The notes beneath the pieces were generated by a model, which saw only the letters and a program-made list of their open reading frames with translations, ran no database searches and was not told the DNA's origin. Both the position numbers and the translations under genes were made by a program. Below, one piece after another: positions 47,501 to 47,817 of a stretch of 47,817 nt of DNA. Position 1 is the stretch's first letter. Each line of letters begins with the position of its first letter. The DNA is taken from contig NW_021834540.1 of assembly GCF_006345805.1 (NCBI RefSeq), positions 1 to 47,817 of the forward strand, read 5' to 3'. Source of the stretch: Octopus sinensis (taxonomy: Eukaryota).

Positions 47501-47817
47501 AGTATGAGTGTAGATAAACTTGCACACACATAAAGTGTATGACAATTTAATAGAAACGTGCCTGTACTTCATTACTGTTCCTCTGTGTATATGTCTATGT
47601 GTCTCTTGCATATGCTCATATGGTCATGTGTATGTGATCAGCCCAAGAACCTCAAATAGAGAATCTGCGAAACGTTACAAATTTTTACTGTACCACTAAT
47701 CAATTGTATTTGGGGAACGTAAGTCAGTTTGCTCTCTACTTTTTTAGAAGAACGTCAGCATTTCGAGGATTTTATCGAAATCTATTGTTACATAACTCAG
47801 TGCACTTGTGACAATAG

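Overview
AT-rich, repeat-dominated, non-coding eukaryotic DNA. The repeat families look like those of coleoid cephalopods (Octopus-like); this is inferred from sequence style and recalled SINE motifs, with no database search. No host protein-coding gene, rRNA, true tRNA gene or CRISPR array is supported, and nearly all supplied ORFs are translations of (TA)n, (CA)n, (ATT)n, (CAT)n or (TTC)n microsatellites or of SINE bodies. Contents: (1) many copies of three dispersed families, named locally A (tRNA-head SINE with an internal microsatellite), B (SINE with a Deu/Nin-like core and ATT tail) and C (GAT-tailed, apparently the 3' UTR of an RTE LINE); (2) two RTE ORF2 C-terminal remnants, one 5'-inverted as in twin priming (1911-2724) and one split by a 20-bp VNTR element (27229-28410); (3) at least five small microsatellite-embedded families with minimal hammerhead-ribozyme-like motifs typical of Penelope-like retroelements, four of them long fold-back palindromes with breakpoints inside the ribozyme; (4) a non-autonomous Helitron (38279-38752) carrying an exact 68-bp copy of nearby DNA between 22-bp direct repeats; (5) piggyBac-, mariner-, Tc1- and Helentron-like relics; (6) a 90-nt pre-miRNA-like hairpin (41071-41160). 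All alignments were made by eye, and boundaries of old repeats are approximate. I see no evidence of a wholly new gene system. The best novelty candidates are the ribozyme-centred fold-back pattern and the templated insertion.
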